NCBI GenBank assembly: GCA_964367145.1
Contig: CAYIWJ010000004.1
Span: 1 to 51,148 of the forward strand
From: an uncultured Candidatus Saccharibacteria bacterium
GTDB taxonomy: Bacteria; Patescibacteriota; Minisyncoccia; UBA6257; 1-14-0-10-40-38
Direction of reading: 5' to 3'
Length of the DNA: 51,148 nt
Numbering within the stretch: position 1 is the first letter of the stretch; each line of letters begins with the position of its first letter. Position numbers and translations under genes: made by a program. Positions 41,326 to 50,832 of the stretch are shown piece by piece. The notes under the pieces were generated by a model. It was not told where the DNA came from and searched no databases. It saw nothing but the letters and a program-made list of their open reading frames with translations.

Positions 41326-43059
41326 CTACGACTCTTTAGTCTCCTTAAGAACATCTTCAATCGCCACCATCCCCTGCAAAGCTTTAAGGATTCCATCGGA
41401 TCTCAAAAAAACCGTCTTCTGTCGGCGCATCTCTTCCAAAATTTTATTCTCATTGATGCCAGAGTTCAAAATATCGGCCAGTTGCGGCGTCATCTGAAAA
41501 ACCTCAAAAATGGCGATGCGTCCCACGATTCCCTTGCCCCCACAAGAACTGCAACCTGGGGCATGATAAATCTTATAGGGCGTCGCAAGATCGGCAACCG
41601 CCTCCGGCGGAATGAGCTTGAGTTCAGTCTTGATAATTTCCAAAAGTTGCGGTGACGGGTCTTCGGCTTTGCGACACTTGGAACACAATCTACCGACTAA
41701 GCGCTGAGCGGCCATCAAATTAACGGCCGACGGCAACAAAAACGGCTCCACTCCCATATCTACCAAGCGCGGAATAACTCCGGCGGCGCTGTTGGTGTGA
41801 AGCGTTGCGAGCACTATGTGTCCAGTCAAAGCCGCGTGCACCGAAAGCTCGGCGGTCTCCTTGTCGCGAATTTCACCGACCATGATAATATCCGGATCTT
41901 GTCGCAAGATCTCCCGCAAACCAGAGGCAAAATCATAGCCGATCTCCGGTTTAACTTGTGACTGATTGACGCCGTCCAACGTATACTCCACCGGATCTTC
42001 TAAACTCACGATATTCACGTCCTGTTTGTTTAAAATTTGCATCAAAGCATAAAGCGTCGTCGTCTTGCCCGATCCGGTCGGACCGGTCAACAAGACAGCG
42101 CCATAAGGCTTGGCAAGTCCCGCCTTCAAAATCTCTAAATTCCGTCCGGCCACGCCAAGATCATCCAGACTCTTGAGTCCGGTCGTAGGATCTAAAACGC
42201 GCAAAGCCACCTTCTCCCCATTGGGTGTTGGAAAAGTCGCCACGCGAAAATCAATTTCACGGTCAAAAATAATACTCCGAAAGCGACCATCTTGCGGCAT
42301 CCGAGTTTCATCAAGTTTCAAGCTGGATAAAACTTTAACCCGAGAAATAATGGGTTGTTGCAACTCCACCGGCAAGGAAGAAACCTCGCGCAAACCGCCG
42401 TCAATCCGAAACCGCACCCGCAATTTGGAACGCCCGGGTTCAATGTGAATATCCGAAGCACCAATGTTGACCGCTTCTTTAAGCAAAGAGCTCACAATCC
42501 GAATAACCGGCGCCTTATCGTTCTCGGTCATTCCCTCCTCCAGCTTTACAATCCGTTGAATATCCGTCAGCCCTTCACCGGGCTTTAGATTCATTGACTG
42601 CAAAGCCGCCGCGATATCTTCGCCAAAAAGAAAATATTTTTTCAACACCGACTCAACATCGGAAGCCGAAACCACATAGACCCCAAGATTGATCTTTTGT
42701 TGTTTAGCCAAAAAGCGTAACGCCTCGCGCGCCGCGTTATCGTCGGGATTAAGCATCCCAGCAATCAACAAGTCCTGACTGCGGGCTATGGGAACAATCC
42801 GATAAGTTCTGGCGGTTTCCCCGGGGATTGATTTTAAAACCTCGGCCGTAACCGCCTCCACGTCAACTTTTTTATAGGGAATCTTTAGTAAACTACTCTT
42901 TAGTCGTGCCACCTCCCCATCGTCTACTAATCGGCGACTGTAAAGCAGATCCTCCGGACGGCGCTTAATTGACTGCGCCTCCCGTAATAACAAATCAGCC
43001 GACTCTCGCTTGAGCGACCCCTGCGAAACTAATGCGTCAAAAAGTGCCTTGTCGTCCAT
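41326..43059 (-). CDS. pilB: Type IV pilus assembly ATPase
   Basis: ASDIHIEP, GPTGSGKTTTLY, LRQDPDIIMVGEIRD, zinc-binding CxxC pairs. Confidence 0.96.
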   Translation of the reverse strand: MDDKALFDALVSQGSLKRESADLLLREAQSIKRRPEDLLYSRRLVDDGEVARLKSSLLKIPYKKVDVEAVTAEVLKSIPGETARTYRIVPIARSQDLLIAGMLNPDDNAAREALRFLAKQQKINLGVYVVSASDVESVLKKYFLFGEDIAAALQSMNLKPGEGLTDIQRIVKLEEGMTENDKAPVIRIVSSLLKEAVNIGASDIHIEPGRSKLRVRFRIDGGLREVSSLPVELQQPIISRVKVLSSLKLDETRMPQDGRFRSIIFDREIDFRVATFPTPNGEKVALRVLDPTTGLKSLDDLGVAGRNLEILKAGLAKPYGAVLLTGPTGSGKTTTLYALMQILNKQDVNIVSLEDPVEYTLDGVNQSQVKPEIGYDFASGLREILRQDPDIIMVGEIRDKETAELSVHAALTGHIVLATLHTNSAAGVIPRLVDMGVEPFLLPSAVNLMAAQRLVGRLCSKCRKAEDPSPQLLEIIKTELKLIPPEAVADLATPYKIYHAPGCSSCGGKGIVGRIAIFEVFQMTPQLADILNSGINENKILEEMRRQKTVFLRSDGILKALQGMVAIEDVLKETKES

Positions 43060-43144
43060 AAAAAAAGAAAAATAGTCGTAACCAAACTAACCGCCCGCCC
43101 AGCCTCTAAATAAAACCAAGTGAGCGGCTAAAATCATAAAAAAA

Positions 43145-43438
43145 TTAAAAGGGCAAGAATGGATTGTTGCGGCCCAAAGCCCCCAGAACCGGCATACCGA
43201 CATAAAGCCGTAGATTCTTATAAGCCTGACTGTTAACCACAAAGGACGGATCGGTAAAATCAATTTGCGAAACTTCACCGGCTCGCTGGAGCTCCGCGGG
43301 AATAATAGCTTCAATTTTTGGCGATGGAGCAAAAAAAAGATAATAAGCCGCGGCGCCGACTATGGCCACAATGACAATCGTTAGTAAAATCGCGAACCAA
43401 TTAAAAGTCTTTTTTTCCTTTTCAAAAACAATAGCCAT
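43145..43438 (-). CDS. Small TM protein in the pil operon (PilP position)
   Basis: Single TM; ends GRNNPF; lies between pilO and pilB. Confidence 0.75.
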   Translation of the reverse strand: MAIVFEKEKKTFNWFAILLTIVIVAIVGAAAYYLFFAPSPKIEAIIPAELQRAGEVSQIDFTDPSFVVNSQAYKNLRLYVGMPVLGALGRNNPFLPF

Positions 43439-43443
43439 AAAAT

Positions 43444-44028
43444 TTAGCGAGATTGATAATAAGCCACGACCACCACGTTAAAATCAAAAGAGTTAGCGCT
43501 TCGAGATTGGACTTGTGGCAAAGCTATCGCAAAACTCGCCACGTCCAAAATACGAATATTAGTCTCCAGCTTCTCCAAAAAATTTCGGAAAGACTCATAA
43601 GTTCCGGAAAGCGTCAGCGACACTTGAACGGTTCCAATCTTAGCCGGAGTTTTGGAAGCACTCTTGTCTTCGGCGGTTGCCCGCAAAGTTCCCGCGCCAG
43701 CCGACAAAGCTTTAAGTGTTAGATTCGTATCGCTTGCCAAGGCATAAAATTGATTATAGAGAGCCGCAAGCGACTGTTCTCGTGGCAAAGCCAGCGAAAT
43801 GTTCTCCTGCAGGTTTTGCACTCCCTTATAATTAGCTATCAAGTCCTTAACTTTCAAAGCAATTTGCCCATGAACTTCCAATGCCTCGGTTTTGGAACTC
43901 AAAATACCACGCAATATATTAAGATCGGCATAAGCCGGTTTAATTAAAAGAGCGTAGACCACAAAAGACGCCACAAAACAGAAGAGGCTCAAAAGAAAAA
44001 CATAGACTCGTTGGGTTGATGCGCGCAT
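43444..44028 (-). CDS. pilO: Type IV pilus alignment protein PilO
   Basis: N-terminal TM; GTYESFRNFLEKLETNIRILDV. Confidence 0.85.
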   Translation of the reverse strand: MRASTQRVYVFLLSLFCFVASFVVYALLIKPAYADLNILRGILSSKTEALEVHGQIALKVKDLIANYKGVQNLQENISLALPREQSLAALYNQFYALASDTNLTLKALSAGAGTLRATAEDKSASKTPAKIGTVQVSLTLSGTYESFRNFLEKLETNIRILDVASFAIALPQVQSRSANSFDFNVVVVAYYQSR

Positions 44029-44029
44029 A

Positions 44030-44581
44030 TTAATTCTTATTTTTATAAGCCTCCGGTTTCATTGTCAGTATCGCCTGAAATTTAACCAGTCCCTTATCCT
44101 GCACCGCGTTACTGACCGCGTAAGAGGCAATATCCGGCGTCGTGGCAAAGGCCTGTAACTGCTCGGTAAAGGAATCATAAGAATCAGCGAAGGCCTCAAT
44201 CGTCGCCTTACCCTCAAATGTGTTAAAAGTAAGATTAGAGAAATAAACTCCCGGCGAAATCCGAGCCTGCAGTAAGCCAAGCAAACGAGAAGTCATCACG
44301 TGCGATGATAAAAGATTTTTAATATCAACCAGCTGAAAATAGAAACTCAAGAAATCCTCCTGTTCGGTTTGCGAGACTTGAGCCGCCAGATCAGCCAGCG
44401 ACTGCTCACGCGCCGCGATTTCACGCTTCAAATATGGTTTGTAACCAAAAAGCAAACCGACATAACCCAAAACCAGAAGCATTAAAATAGAAAAGAAAAA
44501 CAAAAAAAGGCGCCAGGTTCCGCCATTCGGAGAAGGTGCGACGCGTGTATCAAGATTAAAATTACTTTGTGGAAGTGCCAT
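44030..44581 (-). CDS. pilN: PilN-like alignment protein
   Basis: TM, coiled coil and ferredoxin-like region; lies between pilM and pilO. Confidence 0.7.
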   Translation of the reverse strand: MALPQSNFNLDTRVAPSPNGGTWRLFLFFFSILMLLVLGYVGLLFGYKPYLKREIAAREQSLADLAAQVSQTEQEDFLSFYFQLVDIKNLLSSHVMTSRLLGLLQARISPGVYFSNLTFNTFEGKATIEAFADSYDSFTEQLQAFATTPDIASYAVSNAVQDKGLVKFQAILTMKPEAYKNKN

Positions 44582-44589
44582 GCTAAAAG

Positions 44590-45663
44590 CTAGCGAACAT
44601 CCTTTAGGCCAAGACCCACCGCCACCGACAGATGAGGACCAAGATCCTTTACAACGGGAGCCAGCGCCTGGTTATAAGTTACGAATTTAAAAGGATTGGC
44701 CTTCTCAACTGGCAAACCCAACTCACGGGCAAAATATTCTTCAACTCCCAAAAGATTAGCGGCTCCACCGGAAAGAATCGCCCTAGTTACGGTCTGCTGA
44801 TAAGCCTTCTCATAATTCGTCCTCACCCGCACTCCTTCGCCAATTATAACATCTAAAATGGGCTCAATTAGTGTGGATAACTCTTGCTCCCCGCCGGAAC
44901 CCAACAGTCCGCGCTCGCGCTTTAGATCTTCCGACCGGCGCGGCGAGATGGTTAGTCCGGTAGAAATGGTCTGCGTGAGCGAACCGCCAGAAAAATCAGT
45001 CTGTCCGGCAAACTTCAAAAAACCATCTTGAGCCACAAAAATACCGGTTGAGCGCCCGCCGATATCTAAAATCAAAGTCGGCTCTTTGGAACCGGATGTC
45101 AGTGCCCTCGCCAAACTTAAACCCTCAACCTCCACGCCCAACATCCGAATTCCAGCCGTTTGCAAAACCTTCCGATACTTTTCAATATGATCGTTAACAA
45201 TCGCCATCAACAAAATCTGCAACTTTCGGGCCCCGCCTTCATCAACACGCTCCCCAACCTTAATCCAATCAACCGTCACCGAAGCAATCGGTAACGGAAT
45301 ATATTGTTGCGCTTGATACTGCATAATTTTGGCTATCTCGTGTTCCTGTACGGCCGGAAGTTCCACTAAAGTGGAGAAGGTGGAAAAAGTCGGCACCGAA
45401 AGCACCGCCGCGTCGGTCGTTGGACTCAAGCGTTTCAAAAGCAACTTAAGATACAAAGCCACCTCATTTTCCAAAAGTTTTAGATTGCTGGTTTGCAAAG
45501 CATTATTGGAACGCTCCAAATAACCAAAAGTCTCCAAAATGGCATAATTTTTCAAAACAAATCCCTCGCCTTGGCGCGTAAGCTCAATCGCCTTAATAGA
45601 AGTCGTGCCGATATCCAAACTAAAAAACTGCTTGTGGTGAATCAGTGAATTAAAAAATGACAT
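44590..45663 (-). CDS. pilM: Type IV pilus assembly protein PilM
   Basis: LDIGTTSIK, QYIPLP, LDIGGRST, LSGGAANL, VAVGLGL. Confidence 0.95.
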   Translation of the reverse strand: MSFFNSLIHHKQFFSLDIGTTSIKAIELTRQGEGFVLKNYAILETFGYLERSNNALQTSNLKLLENEVALYLKLLLKRLSPTTDAAVLSVPTFSTFSTLVELPAVQEHEIAKIMQYQAQQYIPLPIASVTVDWIKVGERVDEGGARKLQILLMAIVNDHIEKYRKVLQTAGIRMLGVEVEGLSLARALTSGSKEPTLILDIGGRSTGIFVAQDGFLKFAGQTDFSGGSLTQTISTGLTISPRRSEDLKRERGLLGSGGEQELSTLIEPILDVIIGEGVRVRTNYEKAYQQTVTRAILSGGAANLLGVEEYFARELGLPVEKANPFKFVTYNQALAPVVKDLGPHLSVAVGLGLKDVR

Positions 45664-45692
45664 GGCTCAAAATGATATATTAAAAGTATAGC

Positions 45693-46406
45693 ATGAGCCT
45701 TATCGGACGTCTCAAAAATGCCCTCGTAGACATTATTTTCCCGCCAATTTGCGCCGTTTGCCGCGCAACCGTCTCTGACTTACGCAAAACCTATAATCTC
45801 TGCGCCGAATGCGAGGAAAAAATCCACCTCAAAACCGGATTTGAGTGCGCCGTCTGCGGCGCTCGTCTTCCGGAAGGCAAAAAAATCTGTCACCGCGAAA
45901 CTCCCTACATCCTCGCCGCCAGCGCTAAATATGAAGACAAAAATCTTCAACGCTTGATCTGGCAGTTAAAATATCAGAACCAAACCGCCTCCGCTCGCCC
46001 CCTTGTCCATTTGATGACTCGATATTGGCTTGAACTCGGAATAAAGTTTGAAAATGCGCTGATCATTCCCATTCCCCTGCATCGTCGTCGCCTCAAAAGC
46101 CGCGGCTTCAATCAAGCCGAACTTTTGGCTCGCCGTTTCGCAAAGAAAGTCGGTTTCCCAATAAACACCTCTCTGCTCCGCCGCGTTCGCTATCTCAAAC
46201 CCCAAGCCGAATGTAAAAATCGAGAAGAACGCGCTCTAAACATCCAAAATTGTTTCCAAGTAAAAAATTCAGGATTGGTCTCTGGAAAAACCATTATTTT
46301 AGTAGACGACGTTACCACCTCCGGCGCCACCCTGCTCGAAGCCGCAAACGTTATCAAAAAAGCTGGAAGCAAAAATATCATCGCCCTCGTTGCCGCCAGG
46401 GCTTAA
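45693..46406 (+). CDS. comF: ComF family phosphoribosyltransferase-like competence protein
   Basis: Double zinc ribbon; PIPLH...RGFNQAELLA; LVDDVTTSGATL. Confidence 0.95.
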   Translation: MSLIGRLKNALVDIIFPPICAVCRATVSDLRKTYNLCAECEEKIHLKTGFECAVCGARLPEGKKICHRETPYILAASAKYEDKNLQRLIWQLKYQNQTASARPLVHLMTRYWLELGIKFENALIIPIPLHRRRLKSRGFNQAELLARRFAKKVGFPINTSLLRRVRYLKPQAECKNREERALNIQNCFQVKNSGLVSGKTIILVDDVTTSGATLLEAANVIKKAGSKNIIALVAARA

Positions 46407-46503
46407 AGAAATTAAGCACCACAGCCCCGCAACAAAAAAATGCGTCAAGTTGGTAGGTTCTAATTTATAAAAAAGCCCCGAGTGTAAATCAGGGCTTCGC
46501 TGT

Positions 46504-48255
46504 CTACTCCACAGTCGGCGGCAACGGCACACCCGCGCTACCGCGAGCGGCCACATAAGCCGGAGTCCGATCGGTACGAGAAATCTTTTCCCACCACGGA
46601 TACTCGTGGCGCAATCGGCTCTCTAGCCGCAAAACAACTTGTCGCACCTCGTGATTAACCCCAAACTTGCTTCTCTGCCAGAAGATAAACTCCCACTCAC
46701 GCAAATTGGCACCGCAGGAAAACCCAACCAAATTGCCCATCGCCATTGCATACTGCGCGATAAGCGGCGATACTCCTCGCCCCGTAAGCTCAACCCAAGT
46801 CCGACCATTCATCTGATGAATCTCGGAAAAAATCTCTTGAAGCTCCACGGGAGCCGGTTTGTCGTAATGGTAAAAACCAATTGATGGAGAAACTAGCGTT
46901 CTGGCATGTGTTACTAAAACATGACGTTGGAGATCTCGCCAAGAACGGAAAGACATTGCGTCAAAAAAAGTAGCGCCCACCACCTCAAACTCCCGCGGCA
47001 ACTTGTCGTGCTCGCCGCGAATGTTGAAAGGCAACATCCTCAAGACGATGTCCCAAATAGATTGACCGTCTCCCAAATCACTACTCTGGGAAATCAATCC
47101 ACCCGGAAAAGCTCCCGCCAATATATCTTCCGCGATCACGCGCGGCAACAAAAGATCACTCTTCATGCCAAACTCCAAAACCCCCAAATATCGCCACATA
47201 GCGACATCCCACTCCGACGGCTCATAATGCCGAGCGAACTGATCCCCGCCAACCTTGGCGGCCTCGCTAAGAATCAATTCCACCAGCGCATAATTTTCCG
47301 GAGTCCCATCCAAAATCAAGTGCTTCAGCAGAGCATCAAACGCCTCACCAGAGATTGCGACTCCAACCGAAGTCAGCGTCGCGCACGGCAAAACATTTCC
47401 CGCTACATCGCACGATTCGCCCAAAACTGCGGACTTCAAATCCTTAATCGGCAAAAACTTGGCTAGGTGAGTTTCCAAAAAGCTGGGCAAGACGCCATCA
47501 AATTTTTCACCGAGCAAACGCTTGTAGGCCGCGCTGGATTCAATGATCGCCTCCCGCGCCGCGCAAGCCGCTTCTTCGTTCACCGTCGCAAGTTCCTCCC
47601 AAATCGGATATTGCCTTGCCCGCGAAACATCCACGAACCGGGTACTCAACTCAATAAATCCCGAACCCAAGCGATTCCACTCCAAGGACTTGGCCGCGAG
47701 TATCGAAACATCTTCCACTGCAAACGTAAGCGCCGCTCCACGCGCGATTGAATTGTGTCCATACTTATCCAAAAACACGTCAAGCAATGCCTTCATCTTT
47801 GGCGAATCAGCTAGCTGTTTCTCCAACCGCGGATCGCCGGTGGCATTCGCTACAAAATCTTCAAACAAAATCCGATGCTCTGTCTTGGCCTCGCAAAACT
47901 GATCAAGCGACTTAATGCCCAATCCATCAAGATAAGCTTGGTAAGCATGAATGGCGCCACTTGGCGACACTTCGGAAAAATTCTCCAAGAGTCCGGTCAA
48001 TAAAAGCGGTAGCAGTGTGTCCACAAAATGCCCGCGAATCCCCCGCTGGTTCTTGAGCCGCGAATACATCGCAAGCAATGCTGCCGAAAAATTCGGCGGC
48101 AAATTCTTGAAGAAAAAAACCCGTCGCGTCGTGCTGGTAAAAAACAAATTCAGAACCGCAGTTTCACGAGCCGAAAATTGGTATGGCACCGGAGCGCCCA
48201 CAAACTGTCGGGCAATCGATATCGCCTGCTTCAGAAACCCTTGATCCAACAACAT
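46504..48255 (-). CDS. thyX: FAD-dependent thymidylate synthase, tandem double-domain type
   Basis: AMYSR, YGHNSIA, ELSTRF, WRDLQRH; 583 aa; GGAGGT SD. Confidence 0.85.
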   Translation of the reverse strand: MLLDQGFLKQAISIARQFVGAPVPYQFSARETAVLNLFFTSTTRRVFFFKNLPPNFSAALLAMYSRLKNQRGIRGHFVDTLLPLLLTGLLENFSEVSPSGAIHAYQAYLDGLGIKSLDQFCEAKTEHRILFEDFVANATGDPRLEKQLADSPKMKALLDVFLDKYGHNSIARGAALTFAVEDVSILAAKSLEWNRLGSGFIELSTRFVDVSRARQYPIWEELATVNEEAACAAREAIIESSAAYKRLLGEKFDGVLPSFLETHLAKFLPIKDLKSAVLGESCDVAGNVLPCATLTSVGVAISGEAFDALLKHLILDGTPENYALVELILSEAAKVGGDQFARHYEPSEWDVAMWRYLGVLEFGMKSDLLLPRVIAEDILAGAFPGGLISQSSDLGDGQSIWDIVLRMLPFNIRGEHDKLPREFEVVGATFFDAMSFRSWRDLQRHVLVTHARTLVSPSIGFYHYDKPAPVELQEIFSEIHQMNGRTWVELTGRGVSPLIAQYAMAMGNLVGFSCGANLREWEFIFWQRSKFGVNHEVRQVVLRLESRLRHEYPWWEKISRTDRTPAYVAARGSAGVPLPPTVE

Positions 48256-48350
48256 AACACCTCCAAAGTAAAACCAACTGGTATGTCAACGAACCAAGCG
48301 CAGTATAGGCAAAAGCACTCTGGTAAGCAACACATATAAAAGAACCGCTC

Positions 48351-48629
48351 CTAAGAGCGGTTGTGCTTGCGCATGTCGTCTATTGTAAAAAGCCCAGCCA
48401 CCCAAAAACATCCTTGAACAAAGCCCAACCACCGAAAGAGCTTTTCCATCTGCCCTTCGGCCAAAAAAACTTCCATTTCATCTAACATCTGATGGCAATG
48501 AGCCAACGCTTCCGTCGCCGAATCTGGACCCAACAAGGCGCTATGCGACAAACTCCGTCGCGGAACTTTCATCTTGCTCAGCTTGGCGCGATAAAACACC
48601 AGCACCGCCCGCACCTGCTCTTTGGTCAT
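48351..48629 (-). CDS. Hypothetical protein
   Basis: EKLFRWLGFVQGCFW...TIDDMRKHNR; start at ATG 48629. Confidence 0.7.
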   Translation of the reverse strand: MTKEQVRAVLVFYRAKLSKMKVPRRSLSHSALLGPDSATEALAHCHQMLDEMEVFLAEGQMEKLFRWLGFVQGCFWVAGLFTIDDMRKHNRS

Positions 48630-48699
48630 GCCCATCCCCCAAAAAAGAACTAAAACGCAACCGCCGCATTCTAACATCAAAAACCGCCAAATTCAACTT

Positions 48700-49095
48700 T
48701 TAACCCAAATTTTTGACAAGAAAAATCCTTAGCTCGTCTAAATCTCTTTTTTCTTGGTCGTAATAATAAGACTCAATGCCGACCGCCTCGGCGGCTTTCA
48801 CCGCCTCAAGGTTATGCTCAAAGTAAATAACACCGTCTTTGCTCAAGCCAAAATGTTTAAGCATCGCCTCAAAATATTTCGGTTCAGTTTTTTCGGGATT
48901 ATGTTTTAGCGTAAAAACTTCATACGGCATTTTATCCAATCCAAATTTCTTAAATTGCTCATCATTTGCTCCGGTTAAAATAATTTTTCGATTAGGAAAG
49001 GTCTCCAGTAAATCATGCATTCCTTTAAAAATCCTAAAACCGCCGTCAGCGCGCATAACTAAAACATCAACCGCATCAACTAAAATAGTCTTCAT
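48700..49095 (-). CDS. HAD-like hydrolase (minimal)
   Basis: ILVDAVD motif I-like; LTGA; PEKTEPKYF; YFEHNLEAVKAAEAVGI. Confidence 0.7.
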   Translation of the reverse strand: MKTILVDAVDVLVMRADGGFRIFKGMHDLLETFPNRKIILTGANDEQFKKFGLDKMPYEVFTLKHNPEKTEPKYFEAMLKHFGLSKDGVIYFEHNLEAVKAAEAVGIESYYYDQEKRDLDELRIFLVKNLG

Positions 49096-49222
49096 AAAAT
49101 TATTTTTTTAGAGCTCATAAAACCAACTCGTTTTTTTAATAGCAAATTTTCTAGCTTAGCTCGGTGCTCTGGTAAACAAACGGGGAAATGGTGGAGGATT
49201 CGAAAAAAAACATCCAATTTTT

Positions 49223-49366
49223 GGCGGGGACGATGCCCGGAACTTTGAACCAAAAGTACGGCTCAAATTCGAGGATCTTGATAAAAGTATACAGGAGTTG
49301 CGATGGATTTATAAGGTTCATCCAGAATGGTTTGATATTCCGGCTTTTACTCAAAAAGGTTACTAG
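49223..49366 (+). pseudogene. Start-less 47-codon frame T1 (putative recombinase C-terminal tail)
   Basis: GGDDARNFEPKVRLKFEDLDKSIQELRWIYKVHPEWFDIPAFTQKGY*; no ATG/GTG/TTG back to the upstream stop. Confidence 0.65.
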
Positions 49367-49434
49367 TTTTAGACAAAATGATTTACTGCTAATGCTTTAA
49401 AAATACGTCAGTCCATATTATAATGCTGATGATT

Positions 49435-49968
49435 ATGAAATTAATACTTTTAGAGGGTGGCCCCGCTTCTGGTAAAAACACGCTTGGTGAATTGCTTGTA
49501 AAAAAGTTTGAGGATATTGGTGATAAAGCTGTTCTGCTGGACCTTGATTTTTATGTTGAGCAATGCAATCCAAAATGGGTATGGGATAGCCCGGAACAAA
49601 AAGAAAAGGATCAAATAAATGCGAGGATTAATTTTTCAAAAGATATCAACAAACATCTCGAACAAGATTACAATGTAATTGCTATAGGAGAAAGCATTTT
49701 AACAGAGAGTGATGTCAAAAAAATTGTTTCTAGAATATCAATAGCTTGCCCCGCCTATCTTTATCATTTAAGCGTTCCTTTTGAATTAAGAGAACAAAGG
49801 CTCCACGCAAGAGGGCATCACTCATTAATTGATTTGAAAAAGAATCAAGAAGATAAGAATTTTGTTAAAAATTGGCCGGGTGTTATATACGAGAATGTTA
49901 ATACGCCAGAGATTGATGCTTCAAATTTAATATCTTTGATTACTAAAGGTAAAGGAAATGTGAGATAG
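49435..49968 (+). CDS. P-loop NTPase / nucleotide kinase-like protein
   Basis: LEGGPASGKNT Walker A; LDLD; LREQRLHAR lid; TATAAT at 49419-49424. Confidence 0.85.
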   Translation: MKLILLEGGPASGKNTLGELLVKKFEDIGDKAVLLDLDFYVEQCNPKWVWDSPEQKEKDQINARINFSKDINKHLEQDYNVIAIGESILTESDVKKIVSRISIACPAYLYHLSVPFELREQRLHARGHHSLIDLKKNQEDKNFVKNWPGVIYENVNTPEIDASNLISLITKGKGNVR

Positions 49969-50024
49969 TTCAGACCTTTTTTTCGCTGTATCTAAAACCC
50001 TTTGTCTACTTCATAAAAATTACT

Positions 50025-50168
50025 GGCGGTGATGGTTGGCGCAACTTTGAACTGATAGGACGGTTTAACTACAGCAATGTTGATAGGATTATACGAAAGT
50101 TAAGGCGAATTTACCAAGAAAAGCCAGATTTGTTCGAAGTACCTACTTTTGCACAGAAGGTTTACTAA
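50025..50168 (+). pseudogene. Start-less 47-codon frame T2, homologous to T1
   Basis: GGDGWRNFELIGRFNYSNVDRIIRKLRRIYQEKPDLFEVPTFAQKVY*; 21/47 identical to T1 without gaps. Confidence 0.65.
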
Positions 50169-50325
50169 GTGCGTTTAGAATTTGCTCAACCTGCTCATTA
50201 GTAACTTTTGAACCCGAGAGACGAAGAGAAGAACCAGTAGAGACTATTAGGGTAGCACGACGAAGTTCCGCTAGTCGCTTTGACGAGATACTGAGATTCT
50301 TTTTTGTATTCTTAGACTTTATCAT
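50143..50325 (-). CDS. Small protein resembling the N-terminal helix of Fic-family proteins
   Basis: LRRATLIVSTGSSLRLSGSKVTNEQVE; TATAAT 6 nt before ATG. Confidence 0.5.
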   Translation of the reverse strand: MIKSKNTKKNLSISSKRLAELRRATLIVSTGSSLRLSGSKVTNEQVEQILNALSKPSVQK

Positions 50326-50368
50326 ACAAGGATTATAATAAATTTACCAATATAATCCAATATACAAC

Positions 50369-50770
50369 CTATATTGGTAAAATTGCATAGATAGGTTTTC
50401 CAGGCAGTCTTTTGCGAAAACCAGATTTGCTTTTACTCAAATCTTCCGGGAAGTTGATCCAGGGATCCATCCATCCTTTTAAATCTCGTGCAAGATAGTG
50501 GCCTGCTGGAAATCGCTTAGAACGAGCGATAAAAACAATCGTTCCAGGTATATAAATCTGTTTTCTAATTTTAGGTTTTACATACTTATATTCGTAATGC
50601 AACCCTCTCTTCTTTAATGCGCTGACAATATCCCTGCATAAAAATCCAGAACCTTTTGCTTGTTTGGAATTGGGAAAAAGGCTTTTTGCACTTTCATAAT
50701 TCATTCCTAAAACAGATGCAGCACAAGCTATCCCACAACCGAACCCATCTTTTTGACTAATATTCTTCAT
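50369..50770 (-). CDS. C39-like cysteine peptidase
   Basis: SQKDGFGCGIACAASVL (Q...C), GHYL, MDP; start ATG 50770 because the longer ORF runs into the tRNA. Confidence 0.75.
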   Translation of the reverse strand: MKNISQKDGFGCGIACAASVLGMNYESAKSLFPNSKQAKGSGFLCRDIVSALKKRGLHYEYKYVKPKIRKQIYIPGTIVFIARSKRFPAGHYLARDLKGWMDPWINFPEDLSKSKSGFRKRLPGKPIYAILPI

Positions 50771-50832
50771 ATAAGTTCGAATCCCTCTGTCCTCTATTTT
50801 ATTAAACGTTGAGAACAAAGGGTAAAAACTAC

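Noticed and set aside
46921-48339. Several plus-strand ORFs opposite thyX, and similar shadows opposite smc, dnaE, gyrB, ligA and pil genes
   Set aside because: Antisense or out-of-frame shadows of well-supported genes.
49151-49400. Track ORFs 49151-49354 (-) and 49188-49400 (+)
   Set aside because: The conserved signal is in a different plus-strand frame (49223-49366, homologous to 50025-50168).
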